In this document: piece after piece, positions 11,979-24,270 of the stretch | Layout: every line of letters starts with the position of its first letter | How positions within the stretch are numbered: the first letter of the stretch is position 1 | Origin: Marsupella aquatica | Taxonomy: Eukaryota > Plantae > Marchantiophyta | Length of the DNA stretch: 64,000 nucleotides | Assembly: GCA_973895155.1 (NCBI GenBank) | Contig: OZ316895.1 | Coordinates: 2,839,659-2,903,658, forward strand | Direction: 5' to 3' | Translations under genes and position numbers: made by a program | Notes under the pieces: generated by a model | Database searches by the model: none | The model's input: only the letters and a program-made list of their open reading frames with translations | Told to the model about the DNA's origin: nothing

Positions 11979-13265
11979 ATGCACGCGAGGAAGAAAGCTA
12001 AAGCTAGTTCTGAAGATGGTAGAGCAAGCCCGCCGGGAGGGAAAGAGACGGTGGTTTCGAAGACTGGTAGACACCGGAATTTGGCGCAAGGAGGTGTCAA
12101 GAATCACAAACTAGGCTCGAAATGGGAGGAATCGGTGCTAGACAAATTGAGGGGAGCGCTTGTGAAGGCTCGTCTGGCACTGCGCGAGAAAAGGGAGAAG
12201 AAGAAGGAGCAGTATCTGAGGAGCACGTTAGCGAGGCTGAGAAAGATCGCAGATGCTGGAAGGCAGCCAGAGGAAGACGAAGAAGTGCCTCCAATGTCAC
12301 CTCCTCCTATAAAGAGGGGCAGGGGCAGGCCACCTAAGACTGGTAAATCGCAGCAAGTCTTAGCAGCAGCGGTGGTAACTGAAAGAACGACGAAGATTGT
12401 CCTCAAGAAGGCCACAACCACGTCGGAACGGTCTCAAGCAGATGAAAGCGACCTCAACGAACCAATTCCATCCGTCACCAAAGTGAAAAGGGGGAGAAAG
12501 CCTAAGTCCTTAATCACTACCGCCGACTTTGACGAGGCAGATGTCCCACAACTCAGGGCAGAACTGGAGAGGAAAGAAGAGGTAAAGAACAAGTGGCGAA
12601 ATGCTCTGCAGATTGCTCGCTCTGCACGTCAGCGGAAGAGAGAGCGCAGGAAAGAGCAGGCGCGAAAGGCAGCAATGACGAGACTTCGGAGGTCTCAAGA
12701 TAATGAAGCAGTCCGAGATAATATCGCTCAAATGGGGTTTTCTCTTAGACGCCCGTCCCTCGAAGAATTGAGAGATTTCGCCAGGAAATCGAGGTGTCAG
12801 GTGTGTGACACACAAACGCTGTCAAATCCTGTAGAATCCCGTTGGATAGATAATTTCGGAGGTTCCTTCTTGGTGTGAAATGTGCCGGTAAAGATGGTGG
12901 GAATATTTGCCGAGGCTTCAAATTGAGGATAGCGCCCGGGCCTGCTGAACAAATAGATCTATTTCACTCCGGTCACATGCCAAAGTTTGAACAAAGAAAG
13001 GGCCACACGATTAGATAGGTTAAGTGCTGACTTCACATTATTCAGACGGTCGGCACAATACGAAAATGGATTGAGTCTTAATTCCATGCTGAAGTACAGA
13101 ATTGTGAAGCCTTTGCGGCACAAGTTCAATTTGAGATCCAATAACAAGATTACTGCCGGCCGGTGGCTTGTAAGCTACAAATTCAAGAACGGGAGAGTAA
13201 AAGTTAGAACGAAGTTAAGGTATGGTAGATGTGCCCGTCTGGTTTTCTATTTTCTATTTTCTTGA
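11979..13265 (+). pseudogene. Decayed gene encoding an AT-hook / basic coiled-coil protein with a CxxC motif; remnants probably extend ~11450-16000
   Basis: 299-aa ORF with AT-hooks KRGRGRPPK and KRGRKPK, a duplicated 'KW...L..AR.A.R...E..KEQ' segment and RCQVCD. In-frame stops lie upstream and frameshifted continuations downstream. Confidence 0.5.
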
Positions 13266-16200
13266 GATGATGGATGATAACTAAGTCAAGCTGTGTTGGA
13301 GGATGTTGGCCCGCGTTATGTATATATAGCGACGTCTCAATTTTCTGTCAGGTCCCGTTCGTTAACAGTGATGTGGATGAATTGGAGTCGTGTATGGTTT
13401 TCGTCTTGAGATGGGACGATACGTGTAGGTGTTCTCCTGTGTCCAGCACTGTGGCTCGTCGGACGGCGCACCGTTCTTTCCACCGGAATTCTCTGCAGTC
13501 GGCTGCCGTGCTCTACTCTGGCGCATTTCAACTGTGTGGAACGCCATCTTGTGGTGCTTCTCGATCTCTCAGTATCACTATATGCGTCTGAGATCTTGAA
13601 CACAATTTCAGAATGATCAATGCTCTCTTCCATAAATGAGTGAGCTTTGCCTTGCATTCTAGGACACGGGGCCAATGTGTTATATTTCTTATGACTCTTA
13701 ATTCTTCTTAATTCTTTATGCCATTGGCGGAAGATATCGGAACAATGGCTGCTTCTGTCGGGTCCAAATTAAAGGCAGCTAAGAAAGCGACGTCTCATTT
13801 CTGATCATTGGAGGTTAGTATATGACCCCTACCTTGATCCGCTGTTACAATCAAAGCTGAGGTGGTACGTACTAATAAGAGGAGCTTTGGCTCAGGAAGT
13901 TTTCCGGATGCTCCTCATTCTTGAGGATGTTTGTATACTTTAAGTCTGGAAACCTGTAGTCTTAATACATATCCTCTGAGGTAATCAATATGATCGCTGG
14001 TGAGCTGCCGCGTTGCGTTCAGTCCCTCGCTGTGATTCTGGATCCCTCAATTCAGGTTTCCACTCATTCTGTTCGGTCCCCCTTTGTTTTGGATCCCTGG
14101 ATTCTGGATTCACTTAGGTGCTCATTCTTCAGTTTGAGATCCGAAGGTTGTTGGAAATCCAGGCCGATGCTAATGTCTGAGTTTAGTGCTTTTGCATTAG
14201 GACTTCGGTCTGAGGCCGGACGTCGACCTCGTCAGAGGAAGACCTCTAAACGATCGATGCCGCCCTGGACATTTACCAACACAAAGTTATCATTTTACTT
14301 GGTAATCTACAGACTGAGTCCAATGGCCGGATGCACTCTCCGACAGAGTTATTTCCTGTATCCAGAGGGCCTTTATGTGCGCTCGATCATTCGCTGAACG
14401 GCCATCCCTTTTAGAGGGCCGATCTCGTCTTGAACTCGAGCCAATGTTCCGACATTTCAGGTTTAGACCTCTGAATGTATTGATCAGTTAATCTTCAGAA
14501 GGTGTCTCACTGATTTCACCCTAAGCGCCGGATCACTGACTCCGCAAATTTCTGTTGTCTGCCCAAACTCACATATAGAACTTCGATCAGCTAACACGCA
14601 GAATCTACAAGCACGAAGGAGTCTTGATTTACATTTTCTCCTAGTAGAAGAGATAAAGTTCAACGGTAAGAACATCGAAGCCATTCCACCAATGGGTAGG
14701 TGTACAATCTTTGTCAGTAAGATGTGGACCTACCAAGTCAATTGGATACTACTTCTCAGTGAGCTTGACACTGGGCTTGTCATATTTGAGGTAACCATCC
14801 CAAGGAACTTTTGTTGATCCTGCTCTGTCCGCTATCAGGTCACGAGTTCTGCGAAGCAAAGTTTCAGTCGTCCACTCTTTACATGCTATATTTTGATGTG
14901 CAAAGGTTCCCCCGTCGCCAAGATTCCAGTGCCAGAATGCCGTATGTCAGCTGAAACTGATCTCAGCTGGTCGCTTGATCGAACTGAACTGAAACTTAAT
15001 GGCAAATGACAACTCCAACTATGACATCATTCTGAAAGATAAGTAGGTAGAACAAGAGACGTACCTCTCAGCCAATTGGATGGGTGTCTCACCCTTTTGG
15101 AGGGTGTGAGGTTCAAAGGTACCACACATCACAAATCACCGCCCAGGGCGTCATGAGGCGTATCAAATGCACGGTGAATGATTGCCTGCCAACACACGTT
15201 CAGTGGGTTCAAAGGACAGTTCATGAAATCAACCCACGGGATTGTTCCTATCGACGTGATACATGAAGCTAGGTAGGTTCCAAAATCTCTCAATCAAGAG
15301 AAGGCAGATGACAGTCTTCACGATTTCTTTACCTCTTTCCTTTCAGGCGTCTTTTATAAAATTTCAATGGTCATCTCTGGCAATCCTCAGTCCCCAAAAA
15401 TTACAAAACTTGGATTTCGCTAATCCGACTAAAGTCAGTTTCTTCTTTACGAAATGCTCAAGAGTGCCTCTGTCAAGGAAACGTACGCGTCCTGTATTGA
15501 TCTACCGAGTTAGATCCTCTATAAATATCCATGCAAACAATTTTGAGCTCTGAGAGGCCAGCTAGCAGCACGTGATATGAGAAAGGCAAAATCCTGCAGT
15601 GTGGGGGAAATTGACGACGTCGATACATACGGAGAGCTTACTCTTGCTGTTCCAGAAAGCATGAACAAGATCTCGTTCTAATTTATGGCAATCGGACACA
15701 CTGTGCAGTCGAGTTTAAAAGCACCCTCACACAAGTAATAATACGGTAAAACCGTCGCAGATCCACAGAATGATTCAAAAGAGGAGCCATCAATGTAAGA
15801 AGTCTAGTCAAAGTGAACTGCCGATAGATGTTTTTGACCATCACCGCGTACTGGTTGTTGTAGCATGTTCCTTTCGGGAAAACAAGTAGTGGATTGCTTT
15901 TCGGGTGTTGCTTCAGCCTGAAAGCTAGATCCATGGGGCATACGACAACTATGGAGAACAATGCATATCAATCAACGTCCTCAAATTTTTAAATTATTGT
16001 AATCCAAAGATCAAGTCAAGCAGATACCATAGAAGAGAAAGAAGTTTCACATGCACGTCAACAAGTGAGATGGTCATTTAGAGCTGGTGTTTCGCCTCGC
16101 TGGTTCAGATATTCTCAATTACATGTTTCTCATCATAGCTTCAGATCATGTTCATAGAGAGTTTCAGAGTGATATTACTTTTGCTCCTGGTGTCTGCTAA

Positions 16201-18268
16201 ATTTCGTGAGGTTAGGATGCTTGGCTATATTTCGGTTTCAGAAGCTGTGATGCAAACGAGGGCCCATTCAAGCTAGTTTCTGTATAATGTGATGGTTTTC
16301 TGTATAATGGATTTTCTGTATAATTCATGGCTGGATGCAGGGTCGATACGCTTCACACTACTAGACCATTTCTTGAAGAGTAGCTTTCAATGGTGATTCT
16401 CGCCCATAGAGACATGATTTTGTGGTAGCTCACTAGAATCAGGGTGATTCTTACCCATAGAAACATGACTTTGTGGTAGCTCACTTTAATAGAGACTTGG
16501 GTTCAACTATTGTGGCTATTCTGACTCTTCCTTTTATGTGGGGTTTCACAGATTTCCTAAAAAAAAATTAAAAAAATACTTTACATCAAATGGTGATTAT
16601 CTAAATAATGACATCTACACATTTTAGTCTGTGAAGATTTTCAACTGGATACGTAATCAAAAGAGGGATAATTATGGGTTCTGCAACTGGATTCTCTCAT
16701 TGACATACAAGTATGTAATGGCCTGAAGATATGAGGGTGATGCGAACTTTTTGAAGATTTCTAACTGGACCTGTAATAAAACTGTACAAAGAATTGTCCA
16801 AGTACATTTTTGTCCATCCACACACATAGTGTAGAGGCGATCACTCACACTACAATATTGTGTTGTATGCCACTTGAGTAAGATATAGTAAAAATGGAGA
16901 TGGGTGGCTTGGATGTGGAAGAGAAACCCTATCCAGCACTCTGGATCTGAGCACACCATCCCAAGATGAAGATTACCCAACCCGCTGATTTTAAACTGAG
17001 GAATTGCTTGTCTCAATCAGACAACAAAGAGTGCTGATTAAAACCAGCAGTAAAAAAAACAAACAGTATAGTCAAGTGGTGTTGTATGCTTGTTGCATCT
17101 TCATTTATTTTTGTCCCATTTTGATTGTGATAAATGCTTGCAAAAAAATCGAAATTGAAACTTTTCCACGTTAAGTTTTAATTGTCCAGACAAGAAGTTG
17201 CATAGAATGTAAATGGTGTTTTGCTCCATTAGCCCATCCTGCCATGCAAAAATTGACCAGCCCCGATGCTACTGTACCAGGGAAAATCTTACTTATAAAG
17301 CACGGAGGGAAAATAGACAGTGACTCTAGGGCCCCACCAAAATGTATGTGCATACAAAAATGTATGTACATGGAGAGAATGATAGGGCCCACCAAAATTA
17401 ATATGCACTGAAAAGAGGATGGGTATGGAGAGAACTATGTATGTTCAAATGACGACATGGACCATGGTTTCTATCATCATTTCAAAGCTCAACTCCTAGT
17501 AAAGACAAAACTGAAAATATGGTGGACAAAAAGGATGGGGCAAAGATGAAAGGGAAACAGGGTAGAATTATTTGTTTGGCAATTGAAAGCTTTTCTTTTC
17601 ATTGATCTAAGGGGACATGAATCAAAATTTAGGGTGGGAGTAAAAAAGAGGATCGGGTGGGGTGAGTTTTTGAAGGTTTTATGAAGCAGCTAAACCATGA
17701 CTCATGTGTGCAGCAACAAAATTTATGATACAAGCAAAATCCTAATTCCTTTTCTTAATTACAAATTTTCAAAAGAGGAAATGGAACATAACAAGAGTAC
17801 TACCCCAGAGGAAATGGGAATAGAGAATTAAAAAAAACTGTTTGGTTTTCAAGGAAAAAAAACTGTTTGGTAAATTGCACTGCAATCTTGTTTAATTTTC
17901 AGCTGTTTCAGTTTCCTGACCCTTGCTCCACTAATTTTTAGCCATGAAACTTTGTATGCTGGACCTTCCTCTTGATGGAGAAATGTCTCAAGTGGGGTTT
18001 CTTTTTTTGTTTTGATACATTATTCTTATTACACTAGGAAATATTTTTTTTTAACATTTTATTGTCCTCACCTCTATTCATGTTCAAATAACTGCAGTTA
18101 AGGCTAGTGTAGGACAAAGCCCATCCCAGCAAGTACTGGCCATTGCTTGAGGGCAAGAACGCCCCACATCCACCACCTTTAAAGGGACTGGGGCGAGGGG
18201 GGCATGACATGGGGGTTTAATGGAATGGTGTACTATACCTGGTCTCTCCCATTTAAGCCAATGCACTA

Positions 18269-18272
<4 letters not shown>

Positions 18273-18312
<40 letters not shown>
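18273..18312. repeat. (CT)n microsatellite
   Basis: Perfect CT run of 40 bp. Confidence 0.95.
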
Positions 18313-18313
<1 letters not shown>

Positions 18314-18834
18314 ATAGTTACCATTAAAACCTGACATTGTGGAGCTGGTGGTGGTGGTGGTGGAGTGTCTAGTAGAAATTCCAATTTCGTCATACAAGGT
18401 ATTTTCTTTCCTGGTCTGTTTACAATTTAGCTTTCGGCTGGTAAATGTTGAGGATTCCTCCTTGCCATGAGTACATGAGAAGGATAATTAAATTGTCATG
18501 TCCACTGCCTGACATTCTACAGCTTCTTATCGCAGATGATGAACCCAAATCTGCCAAATAAAACTTGCCAAGATCCTCTGGGAGGAGAAGCTCCAGGAAT
18601 AGTTGCAGCACAACAATTGGTTTCACATTTAAATAAGTGTGTGATCACTGCACAACAATTGCACTGCTTTTGTGCAATGAACCCCGCTATCTGTGCACAA
18701 AGGAGTTCTGGATCATGCCAGAAGTTAAACCCTGGCCTATTAGCAGGGTTTGGAATGTCAGATCTGCATATGAACCTTACTACGGGATAAGGCTTGTATG
18801 ATCAATGTCATTGTCGTGTGTTTCGGCTTGGCAG

Positions 18835-19405
18835 GAGGAAAAACGCAAAAGACAAGTTCATGTTTTTCCAGCTGCCCTCTGCACTCCCAGTTGACGTGCT
18901 CCCTGAACCTGAGAAAGAATGGTGACAGCGAATCCAGCAAGCGTCCTGAAGGTCTAACCCGTTTGGACATGCTACGTGAAGATTTTCCTGGCAAGTTGTT
19001 GGTATATGAAAGTGGAGCAGTCAAACTGAGGGTGGGTGATGTCATTTTGGGTGTAAGTGGGTCAACTTTGACAGTTAGAATCTAAGAATCATGGATGGAC
19101 ATACCAGGTCTCTTCTGAATGTACGTGACATAAATTCGTTAGAATTCAACGTGCATATCTCGTGGCTGGTTAGTAATGTGAATTTCGAAATAATAATGTC
19201 TTAAAACTGAGAGTATGAATGGGTTGGTGGTGCTGATTTTGAATTTTGATATACTGAGACTTCTCTCTGATTGGATGGTGTAAGCAATGCCAGGAACGAA
19301 TCGTGCTTTTGCTCAGGAGTTGACTGGTATTGATCCAGTCGCCAAGCAGTGTACATCCATCAACGGGTAAACCCTAAACCCTGACGTAGATTGGCTTTTA
19401 GGTAA
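18835..19405 (+). pseudogene. RPC4: RNA polymerase III subunit RPC4 (C53/POLR3D) C-terminal fragment; frameshifted, intron retained
   Basis: DKFMFFQLPSALP, frameshift, then LDMLREDFPGKLLVYESGAVKLRVGDVILG|gtaagt; next exon MPGTNRAFAQELTGIDPVAKQC...PDVDWLL. These match RPC4 domain motifs (FFQLP, GK.LVY.SG.VKL..GD, PG....FAQ, PD.D.LL). No 5' exons found. Confidence 0.75.
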
Positions 19406-20716
19406 GACCGTTATGTTGGCTAGCAAGTATAAACAATTTCAAAGTCCACCTTGTCGGTGATTACCTTTGGGCAGTTCTGTAGTGGTTTTATCAGGGAGCA
19501 GGGTAATGGATTACTGCCGCCCTCGTTATAATTGATGAAGGTTCGCGCCCTACAAGCTCCCATGTGAGATTTGTCAAATTGATAGCCATTCCGTGATGCA
19601 TAGAGGATAGAAGTTTGCACGATACAATTTTGCAACCTCATGAGATGTTGAACAAACTGCTCAAAAAACCCTCGGATTATGTGTTTTACTCATGACAAGA
19701 CAGACATGACAATGGTGAGAACTCACCCAATCCGCTATAACTATCATAATGGACTACGTGATCATTATCACGTGGACTGTAGCAACCAACCATCATAGGC
19801 AGATGGTCAAGCTAAATGAAAGGTTATAAAGCATACACTGAAAAGAAGATTAGCTCATAGGGTGAAGATGGTTCAAGCTAATTTACAGATTGTAATGGAC
19901 TCATTTAAGAGTGTTGAAGATACTTCAAGCTAATTTCAACTTTGTGAAGGATTCGCTTTATAATGTTTGACCCAGTGGCAAGGTATTGCTGATAATGTGG
20001 GCCAGTGGTCAAGTGAAAAAGGTTATGAAATTTGGAACAATTTACATGAGAAAACAGACGGATCACTTCTCTTTTCCCAGACTTGACCTAACAGTAGCTC
20101 TCAGTAATAATAGTGCTCCAGACCACAGACGATGATCAGACATAGATTTACAAAAATTCAAACTATGCAGCGATGGGTTCAGAATCGCAGGTGGACAAAA
20201 CTTTGGTCAAGAAAACCCATCACACCAGCATCCCAAGATGAGAACAGCGACATCACTCGTCTGCTACAACAGACTCCTTTGGGAGGGTTCTAGACCAACT
20301 CATTATTAGCTCGTCGATCTATCTGCCGTTAGACTTTACCCTTCTGCGAATGCGAGAGCCACCCAGCAAGTTCAGCTGGTCATGTTGCTGCTCAGATGCA
20401 CTGTTGGAATGAGACGAGCAACGCAGAGAAACCTTGACGAAGCCCGGCTGCAACAATAATCAGGATTTTCATCAGATAAGCGATTTCGACGAAATTGGTC
20501 TTGAAACCAATTCAAAACGACTAAACTTGACAAATAGGGCAAATATGACCTATAGCCTGAAGCAAATAATCAGGGACATCAACGTCTAGCCAGAGAATGG
20601 TCAGAATCGACAGAGAATCCATACGACTGGTTGTGTAGTGTGCGACGGTAGTGTATTTGTCTCCAATATGGCTGTCAGGTATCGAACTTTGAAGCCGGGA
20701 GCTTTGAAGTGCCTAA

Positions 20717-23517
20717 TCAGGCAGTGGGTCTTTCTTCAGAATCGTTTTCATCCTTCATGTATTTTTCCTGAACAGCCGCTGTCGTGGCTTCGAGTTAAGG
20801 TTTAAAACAGAGGCATCACTCATCAACTGACAGGAGATTGCGCTAAACAGCTACATCTTTCTCTCAAGGGTAACATCACTCACTTCTTTCATCGTCATCC
20901 ACTATAGTTCTTGCTTTAACATTTTAAGCTAATCCTCAAACTACGAGATCCGATGGTGAGGATATCTGTAGTAATCCCAGTTCTGTGGACCTGCAGCAAC
21001 CTTGTTGTATGCATCAATATTGCCTTCCATACCAGCAAATACATATCCATTGCTTTTGTCAACCAATCTCACTAGATCCATGACACTTTCTTGGTCCTGC
21101 CAAAACATACAACCAGACCAAAAGTTAGTACAGCGTATCCTCGAAAGAAAAAAATTTGAACAACAGGTTAACCTAAGAGTCAGTCCAGTTGAACTTAGCT
21201 TCAGGATAAGAGATTCAAAATTCCATAGCCGTCACAGAAAGAGCTAGCGAGCGCATGTAGCCAATGAGGGTCCAGGAGACATCGAACCTGTATATTTAGC
21301 GTAGTGAAGTTTACTAAACCGAAGTCTTCTATAACTTCACAGAGATTCTTCGTCAGCTTCCTGCCAATCAGTCATCATCACAAATATACTCAGACGACAT
21401 TTCCATAATGGTCTACGGAAGAAAGAAAGAAAGATGGTTGCTTGTACATAGAATCTATCCATATTTTACCAAATCACTAAAGGTCGTGTATATGTACCGA
21501 TACTTTGCTGTTCGAGACCCCGTGTTAAGGCTATACTGCAGGTAAGAAAGGTCCTGCACATCTGTGTAGAAGTCCAGATTGAAAGCTGCCATAAGCAACA
21601 GTAATTGAGAGTCAGGATACATGGTCGACATTGTAATTTCCTGCATACGGACTGTAAAGAATTAGATCTGTGCCAAAGTTAAAGCTCCCCTTAACCATCC
21701 GGTGATTTCTTTCTTTCGGACCTTGACAATACCTTAGACAATCAGTCAAACGGCCACCGGTCTGGCAAACCACAATCGTGAGCTGAAGTGAAGTTAACTG
21801 TCTTGAGAGAAATATATTCAGAGTGGATAAGCTACCACTATATGCTTGTGCCGTCTTCTGCTATTCAATATACGATTATCAGTTAAAATTTGTTGGATGG
21901 CAGGGAAAAATCAAAACTAAGGACAGCAACATTACCAAGTTTGCCATAGCTTTCAATCAGATCGATCTTGGACAGGACATTGATATGAGGAAGCTCCATA
22001 TGTAGCATCGTTGACAAAGAGAGAAGTAGCCCTCCCACGTACTTTTCAGGGTCGCTGCAGAGATGAGAATCCACTAAATGCACTGCCGTCAGCTGCACCA
22101 AGACCAAAAAGCAGCAGTTGGAAAGGCTTCTGAAAGTAAAACCCTACATGAGTCGGAGCTATTGCCTACTGTTGCAATACACCGAGCATCATCTTCCCAA
22201 ACATATATCGTTGCAAATCTCCACTAGTGAGCGACTTACCCGATAGTCCCACTTTCTTGTCATCTCCATGATCACGTTTTTAGCGTTCTCATGTAATGTG
22301 AAAAGCTCTACTTGGCCCGGAAAATCAAAGAGCAGATAGTGATTTTTGAAGGGTTTTAGCTTGTCCATCAGCCAATCCATGTTCTTCTCTAGATAATCCA
22401 TGCAGTATACCAAGCCTGTAACGGTGCACCAAATGCGGCAACATGTGAGCTACTGGGAAGCAAAAGACTTTCCACTCGCAGTCTCTAATGCGAGTTGACA
22501 ATATGCACCAACCATAGAAAGAATGTACAGGAGCTATTGATACTTTTACGTCATCGGAAACAAAGAACTGAAGAAACCTCCGTTAGGACCAAGTCCATGC
22601 TGTGCCATAACATCTTCCAACTTTATAAGCTCCTCGATGTTGACAGCGCAGTCGTATCTAAATCTCTGTCAAGGGCATGAGCGGCGGTGCTTCATTCTCG
22701 TTCAAACTCGGGAACTGAATTCAGGACGTAACCTTAAACATTCCATACTTCATGATTAATTACATTCACATCTATCTCGTAGCATTAAAGATTACCCTAC
22801 TTTATCATTTATTATTTCAGTGGTCATGACTAATTACTTCAGTGTTCTTTCAAGTAGCAGGGCTATTTTCATACTTAGCTTAAAGGAGCCAGGACAGGAT
22901 CTAGGGTTCAGAACATATCAGCTTGGAGTGTTCAAATAAATGTAGGTGTCCAGCAATAATTTGTTCAAAGGCTCAACGTTCTTCCTTACAGTCAGCTCAC
23001 GCTCTTACTTTGCTAATGATGCAATCCAGGGCAAGAGATTTATGGTTGTCACGATCTAGAAATGCCCTGCAGGGTGAGTGAAGCCTACTTGTCGAGTTCA
23101 GATGGCGCTGACAGTGAATTGTTCCTTTTTCTCTCTGGACATGCATTTTGACAAACATCAAACATCGAATATTGTGTATAGGATACGGGAGAATGTCGTT
23201 CGCGGGATCCAGATTGACCACGGCAGTTTTCCTGCGATACCAGTAACAAATTCATGTGCCTAGTGAGGTGGAGCCATAATACAAAAAGTCAGGAAATGGG
23301 AGACTAAACGATGCCAGCAACAGGTGAGCGCACGGTAACGCCAACCAAATGTTTCAACCAATTATTATGCGGGTGAAGCAGCAGCACATGACAACACACT
23401 AGTCAAATCAATTCAGCAATCCTACCTTCCAGTAAGCTCGAAAAAATGAGCTAGCCCGTTGCAGTACGTCGTTTTGCCAGAGCCTGGAGGGCCTATGACA
23501 ATCTGCCCGAATGTCAT
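20717..23517 (-). CDS. GPN2: GPN-loop GTPase 2 (QUATRE-QUART1-like); 9 exons: 23426-23517, 23187-23231, 22578-22657, 22240-22415, 21936-22092, 21498-21585, 21288-21360, 20966-21096, 20717-20783
   Basis: [21 protein letters not shown] (P-loop), NLDPAND, LGPNGGL (GPN loop), [33 protein letters not shown]-terminal WDYYR|TAAVQEKYM. Exon phases are consistent. Confidence 0.95.
20784..20965 (-). other. U12-type AT-AC intron (last intron of GPN2)
   Basis: 5' site AG|ATATCCTC, branch site CCTTAAC (20794-20800) about 10 nt from the 3' end, terminal AC|G. Splicing restores the conserved [10 protein letters not shown]. Confidence 0.9.
22658..23186 (-). other. U12-type GT-AG intron (second intron of GPN2)
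   Basis: 5' site CC|GTATCCTAT, branch site CCCTTGAC about 10 nt upstream of TTTAG|, no long pyrimidine tract. Splicing restores [13 protein letters not shown]. Confidence 0.85.
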
Positions 23518-23854
23518 AATTCTTGACTGCTCTGGTTCGCCCTAGTTTGCTTTATGATTCCTCGCTACCAATTCTTGCCAGCCTTCCAAGATGGATTGAT
23601 TGTTGCTCCCGTGGCCTGATTGATTGGGTACGCCCTGGAATTTAAAACCCTTGATCTGTTGGACGTAGCTTTCCTTGCATCCGGATGCAAGGAAAGAGAA
23701 AAAGGTACAGAGAGAGACAAAAGGAAATTGCAATGAAGAAATGAAGAAATGAGAAGAAATGAAGACGCAGAGAATGAGCAACGAACGTGCGAGCAATCGA
23801 TCGAGGTACAATCAAGCAAGGAAGACAGAACCCAACATACCGATTGTCGACGAG

Positions 23855-23857
<3 letters not shown>

Positions 23858-23897
<40 letters not shown>
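23858..23897. repeat. (CT)n/(GA)n microsatellite in the GPN2 upstream region
   Basis: Perfect CT run. Confidence 0.95.
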
Positions 23898-23899
<2 letters not shown>

Positions 23900-23924
23900 C
23901 GTGGCGATTCTATTGCACCCTGCG

Positions 23925-24270
23925 TAAGTGCACCGTGTATTACTGCTGTACATAACTTATTTCTTTCCCTTTTGTTTCATCACATTGTGTGTAAGTGTAC
24001 AGTGCATAACTGCATACAGTTTCTCTCATTTTCATCTTATCTTCGTAGTGACTCCATAACTTTTTTCCTTTCCCTTTTGTTCCACCACACTTTGTGGAAG
24101 TGTACCGTGCATAACTGCACACTGTTTCTCTCATTTTCATTTTTTCTTCGTGGTGACTCCATAATTTTTTTGTTCCCCTTTTGTTCTACCACACTGTGTG
24201 TGAGTGCACCGTGCATAACTGCATAATGTTTCTCTCATCTTCATTTTATCTCCGTGGTGACTCCATAGTT
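23925..24270. repeat. ~105-bp tandem repeat, about three copies
   Basis: GTGCATAACTGCA anchors at 24002, 24107 and 24211, each followed by TTTCTCTCAT...GTGACTCCATA. Confidence 0.85.
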
